Source: Rotaria socialis (lineage: Eukaryota). Taken from it: a DNA stretch of 34,566 bases. The stretch covers positions 119,887-154,452 of the forward strand of contig CAJNYD010000157.1 of the NCBI GenBank assembly GCA_905331295.1. Direction: 5' to 3'. The notes beneath the pieces were generated by a model that was given only the letters and a program-made list of their open reading frames with translations, was not told where the DNA came from and searched no databases. Below are positions 1-13,489 of the stretch, piece by piece. The position numbers and the translations under genes are program-made. The first letter of the stretch is position 1, and each line of letters begins with the position of its first letter.

Positions 1-1797
1 CCCCCCCCCCCCCCGTTCGCGCCGTCCCTGACAGTTTGGCATAAGTCGATAGAAAGTAGGAAGACGAAATAAACTACTTTTGAAAATTGAAGGATAATAA
101 AGTAAAAACTTGATACTTTCCTAATCTGTCATCGTATATCAGGAGTACGTTTATCTTAGTTCAGAAATAGTTATGACTAATCGAGAGTTTCATTCGTCGC
201 TTAGAAAATGAAAAACATGAAAAATGACTGATACCGATCTATGAACTGATTGAACTAGAAATTTGTTTTTAAGATTAATAAACCGAAAGAAAACCCCCTC
301 CTCTAGTGAATTAATTTGGCCTATGGAAGTGGACACTTTCTTTAGTAGCTAAAGATTCATTGAAATAAAAAGAAAATGTCTCCTCTGAAAGAGGATCTAT
401 TTTCAGAAACTATGAGACATGTGTTTATGCCTACTGAGCCCATTATCACAAATCATATAAATAAAATATACTTGAAGGCAGTGAGCCACACTATCATCTA
501 TTCTTTATCTGTGCCATTAAGAAAAAAAGAATAAAATATCATCCATTTGTAAAGTTTCTTTTGATCACGCTGCCGAAGATAAAACAGAAGCTTCTTTTTG
601 GCTCGTCGTCTAATTCAAATTCGAGATCATGATTGAATAAAAACAAGATTTTCCTGATATAATTTAACCGGAAATAGAGACATTGTTAATCATTCCTACA
701 AAACTATGTAGAACGGAAAGAAACTAACATAGCTAAGAATTCAGTGTAGGTCTTTCTCGAAGAACTTTCAGAACATAGAATCATTATTTTTTACGCAGAT
801 CGCTTAATTTAACAATTAGAGAATATTCAAAACGACTCTCACTCATTAAATGATTATCGCATCTTCAAACACGTACATTTTAACAGACACTAACTGTGTC
901 AAACTAGTGAAGTAAAAACTAAATATTTTGTTCTTTTTAATAGTTCTTACAGACTAGAATGTTAAACGGTCGAAAAATCTTAATGTAGCATATCACCTTA
1001 CAATAGAAACTCGACGAGTGAATTATTTAAGAGGCAGTGCACTTTATTTAGAATTCGGCTAATATCCAGCCGAGCGAAGGAATAAAGTCATGACCTAACC
1101 TACATATCCAGAAAAAAGCGTGATTAATTAACGATAATACTAAGGGTAATGGTTATTCAATTGGTTCTATACGAGTTTTTTTTAAGTGGCTAGCAACATA
1201 GCAGAATTCAAACATTAAATGAAAACTATCTAAGAATAATTTATAACTGGATATCCAACAATGTTTACTCAACTCTTTTTGCATGTAGTTTATTCTAGCA
1301 CTTAACAGAAGGTTTCAGGTATTCTATTTTGAGAAAAACAAATGCGGAATCCGATTAGGAATAACATGAAATCTATACAATGAAAAAATAAACCCTATTT
1401 AGTAATATTTTTGTCACAATAGGTAGAGAGGAAGGGAAATAATGCAGCTCTCTCGCTACTCACCTTGACGTATAAATACAGGGGGCGTAATAGATTCATG
1501 TGCTTTTTTGACAACTACCGCTGTTAAATACTATCTGTGAAGCATTCGTCGTAATTTAAACATGTGTTCATGACCAACTCAAACAATGTAAAAAAGAAGT
1601 TACCTATCATAAAGATGTAATTTTCAGTGTCATTACATATGGCAAGATATCACTGTTTGGATAGTTTATAGTGCGATTAAAGTTCAGAAATGTTGAAAAT
1701 TTTCCTTCAAAAGCTCGAGGATGAGTGTTTCATCTAATTTATCTATTGCTGAATTTTTATAAGATTTTCTATTCATGCTTTTCAGATTAAACTGACC

Positions 1798-2811
1798 ATG
1801 CCTTTCTCAAACACTACAATACCTTCAATTCCTAATGCAGCCTTGATTGCTACGCTAAACAATGCTACATTTCAAATCATTCGCTATTGTTCAATTTTCA
1901 TTTTCCTCTTCGGCACCATTGGAAATACTCTCAATATATTGGTTTTATCGCAATCATCGTTTCGTTCAAGTCCATGCGCTCAACTCTTTCTATTTGCATC
2001 CGCTATGAATCTATTTGTCATCATTTCTGGTCTCATTTCCCGCATCTTGGCCGGCTGGGGCGCTGATCTAACAGCTACAAATCGATTCTTTTGCAAACTT
2101 CGTGGTTTTGCTGTCAATACTGCAAGGCCGGTTGCAATCTGGTACGTTCTTTTTGCGATGATTGATCGATGGCTTTTATCGAGTACCAAAACAGAACGTC
2201 GACAAATGAGCTCAATCAAAAATGCCCGACGAGCTATGGTTATTAGTCTTATTTTCGCAACATTATATTTTTCGCATGTTATCTATTGTCACGAGCCATA
2301 TCAAATAAATGCTCCACAAAAATGCTACGGTGCAACAGTGGTATGTCGATATGTGGCAGATCTATCATTTACGTGCATGTCTATTCTTCCTCTGATTCCT
2401 ATGTTGGTATTTGGTTTGATGACTATCAATAACGTTCATCAATCACACAATCGAACTGCTCCTACGGATATATCGAATAGAGCAACAATGATATCCACTC
2501 ATCCAAGTCGATTGAGAAAAAGGGATCGTAGCTTAATAGCTATGCTTTTGGTACAGATCATCATTCTTTGCATATTATCTGTCCCATTGGGAATGGATAA
2601 GGTGTACTCTTCAATAGCAGCTGATAGGCAACAGTCTACATTACAAGTTGCTGTTTCCAATTTACTGTATAATATTGCTCAATTGCTTCATTTCTTAGCG
2701 AACGGGGTACCATTCTATATTTATACGTTAGCGGGCGGAAATTCATTTCGTCAAGTATTAATCAAGTTATTAGCAAATATTAAAGACAAGATGTTGCACA
2801 AATGCAGATAA
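1798..2811 (+). CDS. Intronless rhodopsin-like (class A) 7TM GPCR, divergent peptide-receptor/chemoreceptor type
   Basis: 337-aa ORF with 7 hydrophobic segments; TM1 FGTIGNTLNILVL, TM3 Cys (FCKLR) and AMIDRW (DRY-like), ECL2 Cys, TM7 NGVPFYIY; N-terminal N-glycosylation sites. Confidence 0.88.
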   Translation: MPFSNTTIPSIPNAALIATLNNATFQIIRYCSIFIFLFGTIGNTLNILVLSQSSFRSSPCAQLFLFASAMNLFVIISGLISRILAGWGADLTATNRFFCKLRGFAVNTARPVAIWYVLFAMIDRWLLSSTKTERRQMSSIKNARRAMVISLIFATLYFSHVIYCHEPYQINAPQKCYGATVVCRYVADLSFTCMSILPLIPMLVFGLMTINNVHQSHNRTAPTDISNRATMISTHPSRLRKRDRSLIAMLLVQIIILCILSVPLGMDKVYSSIAADRQQSTLQVAVSNLLYNIAQLLHFLANGVPFYIYTLAGGNSFRQVLIKLLANIKDKMLHKCR

Positions 2812-4313
2812 TTTTATCTCATCAATCCAATATCTGCATTCAATGTATACACTATGAATCTGTAGCAATCGGAGCACAAATTAATATTGAACATTCGAGC
2901 ATGCAGTCTGAAGCGCAGAAAATAATTTGCTGGGGAAAACTTTAGAATGAAGTAGTTCGAGAATCCAAGATTCTTGTACGCTCAGCTTTTTATGAATCTG
3001 TCAATTGAAGATTTACTAATTATATATATATTGATGAACTCAATTTACGTGTTGTCTGTCTATTTCGTAAATGTTATTGTGCAACTAATTAGAAATTCTT
3101 AAAAGGACATATTAAAGAAGAGAAAAACACTTTCATGAAAGTGAACCGAAAATTCTGATTATATTTTGCTAGTTGCAATTTTGTTGAAAAAAAATAATGG
3201 ATCATCAGTATTCTTTTATTCCTTATTGCTATTCAATTGGAAGTATCGATAGAAAAGGTGAAGCATGTCTCATGACATGTTACATGTGGACCGATAAAAC
3301 TAGATAAAAATCTAGAGATCGTCGAGAAGACTTTCGACAAAATGAATCATTATATCGATAATTCATCAAACAAAGAAGTAAAAATTAAAATGAGTCGACT
3401 TCTTTATCATCAGTTATAGGCATTCTCATAAACATTTATTTACATTAGCTCTTTTATTTATTTATTTTTGTTAGAAACAGCAAAGGTTCTAGTGCAGCAA
3501 TGCATAAACAAAAATTCACTAAAACATTTTCTTAACAATACAAAACATTGAAATAATTGTTTGAACTTTTCCTTTATCATCGTACAGTGTTTTTGAGAGT
3601 CGTTTATTAGAAAAAAGACTCAGATAAAAAATTCTATTTTGTGCATTTATGATCTCCAATTGGAAAGCAAGTATTTGGTTGTATATAAGCACATAAAATA
3701 GGTGCCACTGTTTCAAATGATATCGTTCGATACATACCATTGAAAACTTGGGCTAGAGAACAGTGGTCGAATTAAACCAAATCTTCTTCAAGTTCAAACC
3801 AAAATTTGCGGAATCATTTGTCAGTACCTTCAGATCTAAAGTGTCTGTAGCCTTTATCAAACAAGCAAAACAAAAGATCAAATCTCGACGATATTCATTA
3901 CAACAGCACCACTCGTTATATCTATACAGGCTGCTATATTATTCTAGCATTGCTTGCTTTCTCTGCCCTGTTCAAATATCAAAGCATTCTGCATAAATTC
4001 TAAAACTTGTCAATAGATTTTTGTCTCACAATAGCTATATACTAATGACTAAACCAATGAAATAGTGCACCTGCTTATTTAAATGAATGTACTAAATTGA
4101 CACAACATGTGCCTTAAATCAACAATCATTAGTTTAAATGTTTTATGTTGAACAAGCCGAGCCACACCTATATGTTTGTTTATTTGATGAAAGGAAATCG
4201 TTTCATTTATTCTCGCACCTATATGTTCTATTATTATTATTATTCTTTTTTGCAAAGGAAAAAAAAGCATACAAACAAGAGATAATTATTTTTCGTTTCG
4301 TTTAAATTGAATA

Positions 4314-5821
<1,508 letters not shown>

Positions 5822-5932
5822 TATCGTCGATCAAACGAATGCGTATTAATCTGATCGCGCCGAGATAGAGAAATACAATTGGCTTCGTATTAGTTGTACG
5901 ACAAATGATTGGTAGAGAGAACGTATAATAGT

Positions 5933-6018
5933 TCTCCCTCTCCCTCTCTCTCTCGCAATCATTATGGTTGTTCACGATTGGATGTATTATAATCTAAATA
6001 AGAGAGAGAGAGAGAGAG
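5933..6018. repeat. CT-rich tract and (GA)n microsatellite upstream of Arx
   Basis: CTCCCTCTCCCTCTCTCTCTC at ~5934-5954 and a GA repeat at ~6002-6018, 110-200 bp upstream of the Arx ATG. Confidence 0.6.
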
Positions 6019-6582
6019 AAATAAAAGAATACTTTAGATTGATTTATTGTTTACATAGCTTTACTGAAAACGAAAGAAAGAAAGAGAAGGAAACAGGCTT
6101 AATTTTTTGTTGAATAAAACGAGTTCTCGTCCAATTAGAAACGATTAAGGAGAGGTAGTTTAATGGCTTGTTAATAATGAGCATATCCGATCATTGTTTG
6201 AAGTCTCTCTATAATTACCATTAGACATAAATAAACAAATAAACTACATATCGATCAATTGAAGCTATTGATTTAATCGAATATGTTATAATCGTTGTTG
6301 GATTTAGATACAAAAACAAAAAATTCGCCTTTTGTTTCAACTTATGTAACTTAGAATGTGATATATTTTGTTTGCAATGTGACATTTTTTGGATGAATGA
6401 TTTTGTTTTCATAGCAAAAAACAAAAAATGCCTACTGACTAGTGTGATGCATCCAACCATGCTACTGTTTCTTTCTCCTTTCTGTCATAACGACGTAGCT
6501 ACAAGAAAAAGCATGTCAACTAATTAATATATAACATTCACGCATACACGATCGATTTTAAAGTTTAATATAATCAAAAAAG

Positions 6583-8218
6583 ATGTCAAGCTCGACAACA
6601 GTAGCTATTATTGGTGCTGGTGCCTGTGGATTGGTATGTGCTAAAGTACTGCTTGATGATGGTTTCGATGTAACTCTTTTCGAACGAAACGAAGAATTAG
6701 GCGGTATTTGGTCTTCAAAAATAGCCTATGCCAACTTGCACAATCAACAACCAGGAGGCACATTTGAATTCTCTGATCTTTATGATGGTGAAGGTAAATT
6801 TTCTTCTGATCACTATCAAGATATCTGTGTGGTTTTTTCAATCTGTAGAATTTTCTTCTTGGCAATATGTTCATGATTATTTGCAAAAATATGCCGATTT
6901 ATTTCATATAATTGAACGAATTCGATTTCAAACTCAAGTTCTATCTGTTTCGAAAGATAATCTAAAAGATGATACTATTCCATGGAGTGTTGAAATTGAA
7001 ACAATAAGTGGCAACGAGGAAACGAAGAAATTTGATTTTGTTATTGTAGCTACTGGTCTCTTTCCAAAGCCATTTACACCGATTTATCATGGGCAAAGTA
7101 AATTTGCCGGTTCAATTCTATCTCCAATTGATATTAAATCACATAAGCAATTAGCAGATAAAAATGTGCTAGTAGTCGGTTGCGGTAAAAGTGCAGCTGA
7201 CATGGCAGTTTTAGCTGGTAAATATGCCCGATCATGTTATTTAGTATTTCGAAAGGCACATTGGATGACTCCAAGAACAATCATGGGTGGTTTGCTCCCA
7301 TTACGACTTTTATTGACTCGTGCAATGTCTATTCCATTTACTCCGGTGCCTGATGCTCCCCATAGTGCTCTATTTCGTTATCTTCATGAAAAATTTCCAA
7401 AGGTATTCGCCACATTGACTACTGGAATAGGAAATGATAAAATATTCACCAATGGGCCTGATTTATACAATGATAAAATATTTATACCTCAATATCCATA
7501 TCGAAACTTAGAAAACATTGTGATTATACCTTCTGACTTTATTCGACTTAAAAGCGAAGGTCGTATTATTGGACGGTTAGGAATCATCGATGAAATTATC
7601 GACCGCACAACAGTTCGATTGAATACCGGAGAAGAATTACAAGTTGATATGGTTATATCAGCAACTGGATATATTCGACAGTTTCCTTTTTTCTCTCAAG
7701 AACATGCTCAAATGATGAATTTAACGGAAAGTAATGGAAATATTGAACTGAATCTTTATCGTCGAGTTATACCTGTTGGTATACCCAACATAGCATTTAT
7801 TGGTTTCACAGGAGCGTCAAGCTATTGGATGGTTGCTGAAGTCGCCAGTCATTGGATATCAGATTATTTTCTGAACCGTCTTGAGCTACCCAACTCCGAA
7901 GAAAAAATGTATGAAGAAATCAGAACAAGTCGGAATTTTATTAGAAAACTGTTTGGACGAGAGGAACATGAATTCAGATATTATTGGGCAGCGCCAATGG
8001 AAATCTATATGAATGACATGGGTTTAGCATTACATAGAACAAATAATTGGATATCGGAATATTTCGGAGTCTATCGACCAAATCGTCTTAAAGGTTTACA
8101 TGAAGAACGTAAAATAATCGCTGAAACAGGTCAGAGACCTCGACGATTTTATTTTAGTTTTCAACTGAACATTTTTATTATTGCACTTTTAATACTCGTG
8201 TATTTCTTTTTTGTCTAA
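6583..8218 (+). CDS. Flavin-containing monooxygenase (class B), 2 exons (6583-6793, 6849-8218), 526 aa
   Basis: FAD motif IIGAGACGL, ERNEELGGIW, VIVATG, NADPH motif VVGCGKSA, ISATGY; a 55-bp GT-AG intron joins the two ORFs in frame; hydrophobic C-terminal anchor. Confidence 0.92.
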
Positions 8219-8861
8219 ATTAGTATTCTTTTTTTATAATTAGCGAAAGAGAATATTCTTTACACTCTCTGTTTTAGCACCTAATTAATGCTTTCTTTTT
8301 GGTAAAATCGGTTAAAATCAAATTTGTTAATTGCATTGTTATCTTTACCAATATATGATGGTAGAAGGTGCACAATACTAGTCTCTCTCATATTAAGCTT
8401 GTAAAGTAATTTGTTCATCCATGATTAAGAAAACCAAGAGCTCGAAATGCATTATTGCTTTTTATAGAAAACGAATGGCTAGCTACACAATCCTTGACTG
8501 TTCAAGTTTGCTTATATCTCTTGAAGAAAAAAGAAATGTAGGAATGAAATACAATGACAACCGACATTTTAAAAGCATTATACTATTGGTATACGACGAC
8601 GTTTCTTCTCTCTATATATATTATTCTATGCCGAAATGAAAAAAACAGCAGGAGATTAAATGATGTCTGCATAATACGACGGTTACTTGTTTGAAGTGTT
8701 TTGTTATTACTCATTCGTAAAGTTACAGTTAAAATAAAAATGATTCGCATAGTTAATAGCAAATAGAAGCTGAATAAAAGATCACAAGTAGGATTTTTCA
8801 TCGTTTGACTGTTTGTCCATGATAGTTTACTTCAGTATTTCCTATTGAAAATAAAGTCACT

Positions 8862-10045
8862 ATGTCTGCTACGTTGACTAATACTGCTGATTCTCGAGCC
8901 TTACATGTTTATCGGGTGCCTGCATATCAAAAGCGTACTCGTGGCTACGATCATCATGCATCGATTCCACGCGTTCGATCTCCATCACGTGATTCAAGAG
9001 TTTATGTATCTCGACGACGTCAATCATCACCTCCAACATCAACTGTACGTGTTGTTGAAGTAAAATCACCACCATCCACTACATACATGAAACGTTTCTA
9101 TCCTCATCCAAGAGCAGCGCGTGTCATTCGAGAACAAAGTCCACTGTCAACCGATACTGATTCAACTTCACCAATATCGACACCTCCGCCGATTTCCTTG
9201 GTAAAACGACGGCAACAACAACAACGACGTGTCGTTCGTATAGCAACGACGTCGACAAATGCTAGTTCGAATAGTGATTTAATTGTACCGGTTGCTAAGA
9301 AATATCGTCGTACCATTGATGAAACACCAGTTACGATCGTATCGGAAACTCCACTTGTTAATCGTGGTACATCACCACGAAAACATTGGAAAAAACGCGA
9401 AAAACCAATTCCACTCGATCTAGAACGCGATGTTTATATTTCCGACGAAGACTATTACGAAGAAGCATTTCCCGATGGCGTATGTTGTTACTCAAATACC
9501 AAAAAAAAAAAGTATAGATTCACTTCTTTTCTCTTCTCTAGACGTATAAACCAAAATCTTATAAATTTTGTAAATGGTGCCATGGTAAATGTGCTCGTCG
9601 TTGTCCACATTGCAACTATTGCGAATGGTATTATAGTTGTCCGTGTTGTTGTTGGCTTACATGTTTACTTTTATCGTTAGGATTGCTAATTGGAATTTTT
9701 ACTCTCATCGGATTTTTACCAGGTAGCGCTAATTATTAAATTGAATTGATTACTTGTCGGATGTCGTTTTTTTCTCTTAATTTTATAGAAGTAAATCCAT
9801 CGCGACGTCCAGTCGTTAATCAAGAAGTTAATGTTACGATAAGAGCTATACAACAAAATTTACCTTGTGATCCGACTGCGACTTATAATGCATCAAGTAC
9901 TTTAATTCGATGTATTGATACGACACCTGTCTACGCTTATACTGTATATTCACAATTGTATAGTAGAGCGATTCGATTAGATACACTTAATTTTCAATAT
10001 GTATTATATGTTTTATGTTTAGTAATTTCTTTTTTAGTACTATAA
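8862..10045 (+). CDS. Uncharacterised membrane protein, 3 exons (8862-9479, 9542-9722, 9789-10045), 351 aa
   Basis: 62- and 66-bp GT-AG introns give a continuous frame: Arg/Ser/Pro-rich N-terminus, Cys-rich CKWCHGKCARRCPHCNYCEWYYSCPCCCW, TM LTCLLLSLGLLIGIFTLIGFL, short loop with NVT/NAS sequons, hydrophobic C-terminus. Confidence 0.75.
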
Positions 10046-10269
10046 ATTACTCGAACATCATGATAAGAGTAAATTCAGATTACTTCGATCTAGCAATCGT
10101 TTTGTTGGAACAGAAATAATGAAAAACGTTTTGTCATATCTGATTTTGAGTCACCGATTGAAATAAACAATAGGCTTTGAAAGGCTTAGATTAGATTGAT
10201 ATATAAAGGCACTACACAACGAACGTATAAAATTGTTTTTCATTGCGTTTTGAAATTTTATTCGTAGTT

Positions 10270-10692
10270 ATGATGCAAAAATTTTTCTCATTCGTACTTT
10301 TCATTGTCGTTATCAATGCTCAACAGTTTCAGGCTGCTTGGGAACTTAATTATTTATTTCCGTCAATGATTTTTGAGCCAGCTTCCAAATTAACACCACC
10401 ATATAAACAAGGGATCTATTCCTATTCATTTGTTATTCCTCCGCCAAGTAAACTCTATGGGCCTAATGTGGCTTTTTACCTTTTTGCTGGTCAACCAACG
10501 AGTAAAACAGCTGAAATTGTTTTCAATCAAGATGGTCAATTTTTTCAAACATTATCTGAAAAACAATATTGGCAATCCAAAAAAATACCCATACCATTGA
10601 CAGTCAATGCAACTAAGATCGATCTCCATATTCGAGATGGTGATAAGTTTGGTCCAACGTACACTATTCATGTCACACGAGCAACTCAATAG
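10270..10692 (+). CDS. Small secreted protein with a cadherin-like beta-sandwich domain (PF12733-like)
   Basis: ATG at 10270 begins a signal peptide (MMQKFFSFVLFIVVINA); LTPPYKQGIYSYSFVIP...IPIPLTVNATKIDLHI...TYTIHVTRA resembles the bacterial cadherin-like consensus; AATAAA follows the stop. Confidence 0.68.
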   Translation: MMQKFFSFVLFIVVINAQQFQAAWELNYLFPSMIFEPASKLTPPYKQGIYSYSFVIPPPSKLYGPNVAFYLFAGQPTSKTAEIVFNQDGQFFQTLSEKQYWQSKKIPIPLTVNATKIDLHIRDGDKFGPTYTIHVTRATQ

Positions 10693-11252
10693 TTCGCTCC
10701 AAACGGTTTATAAAAAATCAATAAAGAAATATGATAACATTTTCAATTACAAATAAAGTTAAAATTCAATCTTGTTATTGTTTGAATATATCTCTTTCTA
10801 GAGAAAATTTGTCTATACACAAATAGGATAACGAATGATCACAAGAAAAATTAGGGCTTCATTAATGCGCGACAAATTTTATGTTACTGTTTTAAGTTAG
10901 ACTTGATCATCGCTAAAAATATCTTGTAACTATCACGTACATGAATAAACTGTCGGTGAGTTCCTATGATTATTTCCTTTAGTTCAAAAGTTGTCGGAGT
11001 GTGGGTGTGAATAATAATGATTTAATTAATATCGTATAGATATTTCAACAGAAAGGCTCCAATTTTTATTGTTTGCCAAAATTATAATTCAGAGGCTTCT
11101 ATATTTCAGCGTAGTAATCCTGTTTCACGTTCATATTAACTTACAAATTTCCCCTACTCAAATAATAATCAAGTTACAAGATGCATAAAATTAAAGTGAA
11201 AAACGATTTAAACTCACTGTGTAAACTAGCCTGATAGTTGAAGTGAGTGGCT

Positions 11253-11575
11253 CTATGTGATGACATGAACTTGTGCTTGAACGATATGTCTCACTCGCCA
11301 AAATAGGAAAACATTTCTATGTTTTGTTCTCACGTCAGGCAATGATATAACACTTGCAAAAGGAGTGAATATAATAACCCCATAACCAAAAACTAGACTA
11401 TCAGAATAATAATCGGCAGCTATAGTTCGTGACAAGCCTGCAGAATACGCTGTGCATAAGATCACAGATGGAAACTGCGGGCAAATATAAAGAACAGATA
11501 TTGACAACAATTGCCGTGCCATTCTTCTATAATTTCTCCATTCGATTCTTTGATGAGCGCGTGAAGACTTGAGAC
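11253..11575 (-). pseudogene. GPCR C-terminal fragment (ICL3-TM6-TM7-helix 8)
   Basis: QRIEWRNYRRMARQLLSISVLYICPQFP...IIFTPFASVISLPDVRTK resembles the TM6/TM7 end of divergent GPCRs; no upstream TMs or ATG start found nearby. Confidence 0.6.
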
Positions 11576-12814
11576 GATATTTTTGTCCTTTAGTGTCATC
11601 GTGTGATAGAAAATATGACACAATATCTTGTGAAATTTCATGTGCTTTTTATTCTGCTCGTTGAGATCTATCTATATTTAAATTTTCGAACTGATTCATC
11701 AATGCTTTTTATGAAAAAACCCTTGCATATGAGCTAAAATTTATCGAAAAAAACGACTATTCGAACATTTTGGCTCTCTAACCAGGGTAAATCAAAAACG
11801 ACTGAGTTGTCTTATATACCAGAATATAGAGCAAGCGACGCTCTACGAAACCTATAACATTTTCATACCAAAATGATCAGCTCGCCGAGTTCTACAAAGC
11901 CTGAAAGTTCCATCAAATTTGGAGAAAGTCAATGTAAACGTGGTACGTTTCCCATGGATTCACCCAAAACAAATTAGATGCACATAATTTATCAATAGGA
12001 GAAACTCTTATGAATCTTTGACTATTTTGGTTAAAGAATGTTATTCAAAAATATATTTACTTAAATGCAAAACGTTTTTAATTACGTATATCAAGATGAA
12101 TATGTATAGCATCAAAATAATTGATGTTTATGAAGTTCATAGTCGCCAATCATGACTGGACTCGTTAGTGCAATCCAAGTGACACTATAGAAATTCGATT
12201 CCTTTCACCAAAAGCACTTCTAGAATGATTACAGCTCTTTGTTAATGCAGTGATCAATCTTTAAAAAAATTGAGATCGATTATTTTTTGAATAATTGTTA
12301 CTGGCGGTGGCACGCTCACGTTTCGATTGAACTTTTTTTTGTCTCATATGAAACAAACACACACTCAACCATTTTGTAACACGGCGTTAATCAAGAATTC
12401 AGCTGCAAACTCATTGATAATAACTGTTTTCTTAATAAAAATAGAATTTCAATGGTTCGCGCTCAATATAGTGTAGTAGAACAATTTTAATTGATGCCAA
12501 ACACAGAACGAAAGGTTTTTCATTCTTTATCAAACTGAAGGAATTATTTTTCTATTCTTAATAGTTCAATAATATTCAAATCTCGAGATCATCAACACTA
12601 CTGAAGAGCGTTTAGCTACAATAATAATCAAGATGAGAATACGACATAAGTCGCCGATATTCAGTATATTCAAGATGAAGCATTTTGTTTACGTGATCAA
12701 AAGAAAATAGTGTGATCAGTTTTCTAGAATTTTCTTATTGACATTATAGCCGAAGTATTTATTTTTCGTTTTTCTGTTGTATATTATTATTTCATTACAA
12801 TATCAACATATAGT

Positions 12815-13489
12815 CTAACCGAGACGATAACGAAATAGTACTGGGTGTTTTCCTGTCGATTGCCGTTGATGTCCTTCTTCTCTATCTTGTTCATTTTGAT
12901 TACGTCGATTGGCAACATATTTGTCGAAAAATTCTTGAATAATTGGAGTACTAATTGGTTTTGATAAACAGATTTTGGTTGAATCTTCATAAACAACATC
13001 GATTTTTTCTTCTTGTAAATGATTCACAAGTGCTGTAAGAAGTCTAGCGAGATCACTTGATGGATATGCAGATCTTGTATCAAAATTTTCGAATTCATCT
13101 TCACCTTCAATTGCTCGTTTTCCTAGACGAGGTGAAAATGCCAATGAATTTTTAGCTGAGTAATGTCGATTATCACGAGCTGGTCGTACATATTGAAAAT
13201 ATGGACGAGATATTGATGCTCTTCGATTTCGATTTAAAATATTTGACAACTGAAATTTTGATATACATGCACGTATATTGGTTTGTTTCTCCGATAATAA
13301 TGACGATGGAATTTGTCGGATTTCATCGAGTTTATTTTCACTTTGATCATCATTTATTGTATCAAATGAAAACGTGGCTTGAATAGCTGCTAAACCGATC
13401 AGAAGGATAAAAACTAAACAAGCAAAACACATAGTGGTTCTTATTTGAAATAGAGTTTTCTTCGAACACTCACCACATGTACATTGCAT
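12815..13489 (-). CDS. Neuropeptide precursor yielding an FSPRLamide (PRXamide/pyrokinin-like) and a C-terminal LFRYRLamide
   Basis: Signal peptide from Met20 (13432; MCFACLVFILLIGLAAIQA); NSLAFSPRL-G-KR (FSPRLGKR at 13138-13115); ORF ends KHPVLFRYRL-G-stop; acidic spacer after the dibasic site. Confidence 0.82.
   Translation of the reverse strand: MQCTCGECSKKTLFQIRTTMCFACLVFILLIGLAAIQATFSFDTINDDQSENKLDEIRQIPSSLLSEKQTNIRACISKFQLSNILNRNRRASISRPYFQYVRPARDNRHYSAKNSLAFSPRLGKRAIEGEDEFENFDTRSAYPSSDLARLLTALVNHLQEEKIDVVYEDSTKICLSKPISTPIIQEFFDKYVANRRNQNEQDREEGHQRQSTGKHPVLFRYRLG

Noticed and set aside
1..14. Poly-C run
   Set aside because: Truncated by the window edge; cannot be interpreted.
3519..4270. 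Short ORFs between the GPCR and Arx
   Set aside because: AT-rich intergenic or 3' UTR sequence without motifs.
6728..6848. N-terminus of the 496-aa ORF, or a frameshifted FMO
   Set aside because: Explained by the 55-bp intron at 6794-6848.
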